Source: Dendrobates tinctorius
Lineage: Eukaryota
Reading direction: 5' to 3'
Length of the DNA stretch: 64,000 bases
Assembly: GCF_039654945.1 (NCBI RefSeq)
Contig: NW_027361723.1
Coordinates: 3,162,001-3,226,000, forward strand
Notes under the pieces: model-generated
What the model saw: the letters and a program-made list of their open reading frames with translations, nothing else
The model's database searches: none
What the model was told of the DNA's origin: nothing
Shown here: in pieces, positions 62,115 to 64,000 of the stretch
How the letters are laid out: the number at the start of each line of letters is the position of its first letter
How positions within the stretch are numbered: position 1 is the first letter of the stretch
Program-made: the position numbers and the translations under genes

Positions 62115-64000
62115 CTATGTGTCATCATGGGAAGGTGGGACAAAATCCTTGGAAACCCATGCATGGTTCATTTTAATGAAGGTTAGATCATCCACATTTT
62201 GGGTTGACAGACGGGTCCTTTTTTCTGTCAGGATTGATCCAGCTGCACTGAAGACTCTTTCCGATAGCACACATGCAGCTGGGCAAGCGAGCTCCTGTAA
62301 GGCATATTGGGCCAATTCAGGCCAGGTGTCCAGTTTAGCGGCCCAATAGTCAAAGGGGAATGACCTGTGCGGGAGAACATCGATATGGGAGGAAAAGTAG
62401 TTTGTAACCATAGTTGACAAATGCTGTCGCCTGTCACTTTCCATCGATGCAGTATTACCAGTTGTGTGAGCGGTACTTGAAAAATCAGTCCACAACATTG
62501 TCATGAAACCCCTGTCTCCAACGCCACTTCTGCTGTGTGCACCACGAACACCTCTGCCAAGCTTCCCCCGGCCCGTACGGCTCGTGTGAGAACCATCACC
62601 GCTGCTGTGTGCTGGGAATGCCTCAACCAACCGGTTTACCAGAGTTGCTTGTTTGTTAGCCAATATTAGATCAAGGTTCTCCTGTGGCATGATGTTTTGT
62701 AATTTGCCTTTATAGCGTGGATCCAGGATGCTGGCCAACCAGTAGTCGTCATCGTTCATCATTTTGGCAATGCGGGGGTCCCTTTTTAGGATCTGCAAGG
62801 CATAATCTGACATGTGGGCCAATGTTCCCGGTGTCAATGATGCACTGCGAGTGCTGGGTGGAGGAGCACTTTCTTGCAAATCCACATCCCTCCAGTCACG
62901 CACAAACCCTGTACCAGACCTTGCCACGCCAACATTTTCACTTGCCCCATGAGATGCATCCTCCTCCCCTAAGTAATCATCCCCATCATCATCCTCCTCC
63001 TCCTCTTCTTCCTCCACCTCGTCCAGGACAGTTCCCTGAGCAGACAATGGCTGAATGTCATCAAGGATTCCCTTCACCTCTTCCTCCTCGTCAACATTGG
63101 CTGCAGACGCCTGCTCCTTAAGGTGCGTCAAAGTTTGCATGAGCAGACGCATAAGTGGGATGCTCATGCTTAGGATGGCGTCGTCTGCGCTTACCAGCCG
63201 TGTGCATTCCTCAAAACACTGAAAGACTTTACAGAGGTCTTTCAGCTTCGACCACTGCACACCTGTCAACTCCATGTCTGCTCTCAAAGTGCCTGGCCGT
63301 GTATCCTCCCACAAAAGCATTATGGCCTGCCTCTGCTCGCACAGCCTCTCAACCATGTGCAGGGTGGAGTTCCACATTGTTGCAATGTCGATAATGAGGC
63401 GGTGGTTGGGAAGGTGGAGCAATCGCTGCAGCTTCTGCATACGAACGGAGTGTACAGGCGACCGGCGGATGTGCGCGCACAGTCTTTGCACCTTCTGGAG
63501 CAGGGCTGTTATCTCCGGATAATTATTGAGGAAGCACTGCACCACCAGGTTCAAGGTGTGAGCCAAGCAAGGTATGTGGCTGAGTTTTGAAAGGACTATG
63601 GCTGCCACAAAATTACGGCCGTTATCACTAACTACCTTGCCTGCCTCAAGATGTACACTGCCCAGCCATGACTCAGTTTGTCGCTTCAAGTACTCGGCCA
63701 GCACCTCCGCGGTGTGTCTGTCGCCCAAACACATCATCTACAACACAGCCTGCTGACGCTTTCCACTAGCTGCTTGATAGGGGGGACACCGCGTGTGCAA
63801 CAGTGGCAGCTGCAGATGGAGTGCTCGTACGACTGCGCTCTGTTGACCAGCTTTCGCTTCTGGAGGAGGAGGAGGAAGAGGAGGAGGGTCGAACGCCTAC
63901 AGCCAACTGTTTCCTATACCGTGGGCTAAGCAGCACAGTCCCACCACCGCTGTCCCCTGTGGACCCTGCATCCACCACATTAACCCAGTGCGCAGTGATG
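62115..64000 (-). pseudogene. hAT transposase type A, copy D (540-aa C-terminal part open; +1 frameshift at ~63783)
   Basis: Highly similar to 45437-47109; TMWNS replaces TRWNS; the upstream VNVVDAGS segment is in another frame. Confidence 0.9.

Larger units (their letters stand above)
59459..64000 (-). mobile_element. hAT copy D: right end and 3' half of transposase A, runs off the window
   Basis: TAGAGTTGAGCGAC at 59459; reverse-complement homology to 45390-49261. Confidence 0.93.

Overview
Vertebrate genomic DNA, most likely a frog (inferred from the TE repertoire and histone sequences). It contains a replication-dependent histone cluster at ~21.7-30.1 kb (H4, H1, H3.2, an H4 pseudogene, and a divergent H2B/H2A pair with the H2B core N-masked), embedded in deeply nested transposons. 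Left part (1-19 kb): a decayed CR1 LINE interrupted by a DIRS retrotransposon, two nested non-autonomous hAT elements, a CR1 fragment, two ~3 kb palindromic hAT-type foldback elements and a near-intact IR/DR Tc1. All the DNA-transposon insertions here have readable TSDs. Right part (31-64 kb): three pieces of a very large hAT family with TAGAGTTGAGCG termini. These carry two different BED-finger transposase genes, a ~130-bp satellite, three ~400-bp palindromes and a captured, diverged 18S rRNA fragment. An apparently intact full-length CR1 (127-bp 5' monomers, TTTAAAC ORF1/ORF2 junction) sits inside the satellite, and a Ly6/uPAR gene is truncated by one hAT end. The best candidates for something undescribed are the putative two-transposase giant hAT with rRNA-derived and hairpin cargo, the arm-homogenised palindromic foldback element, and a repeated E2F/CHR/MYB-like module in the histone spacers.
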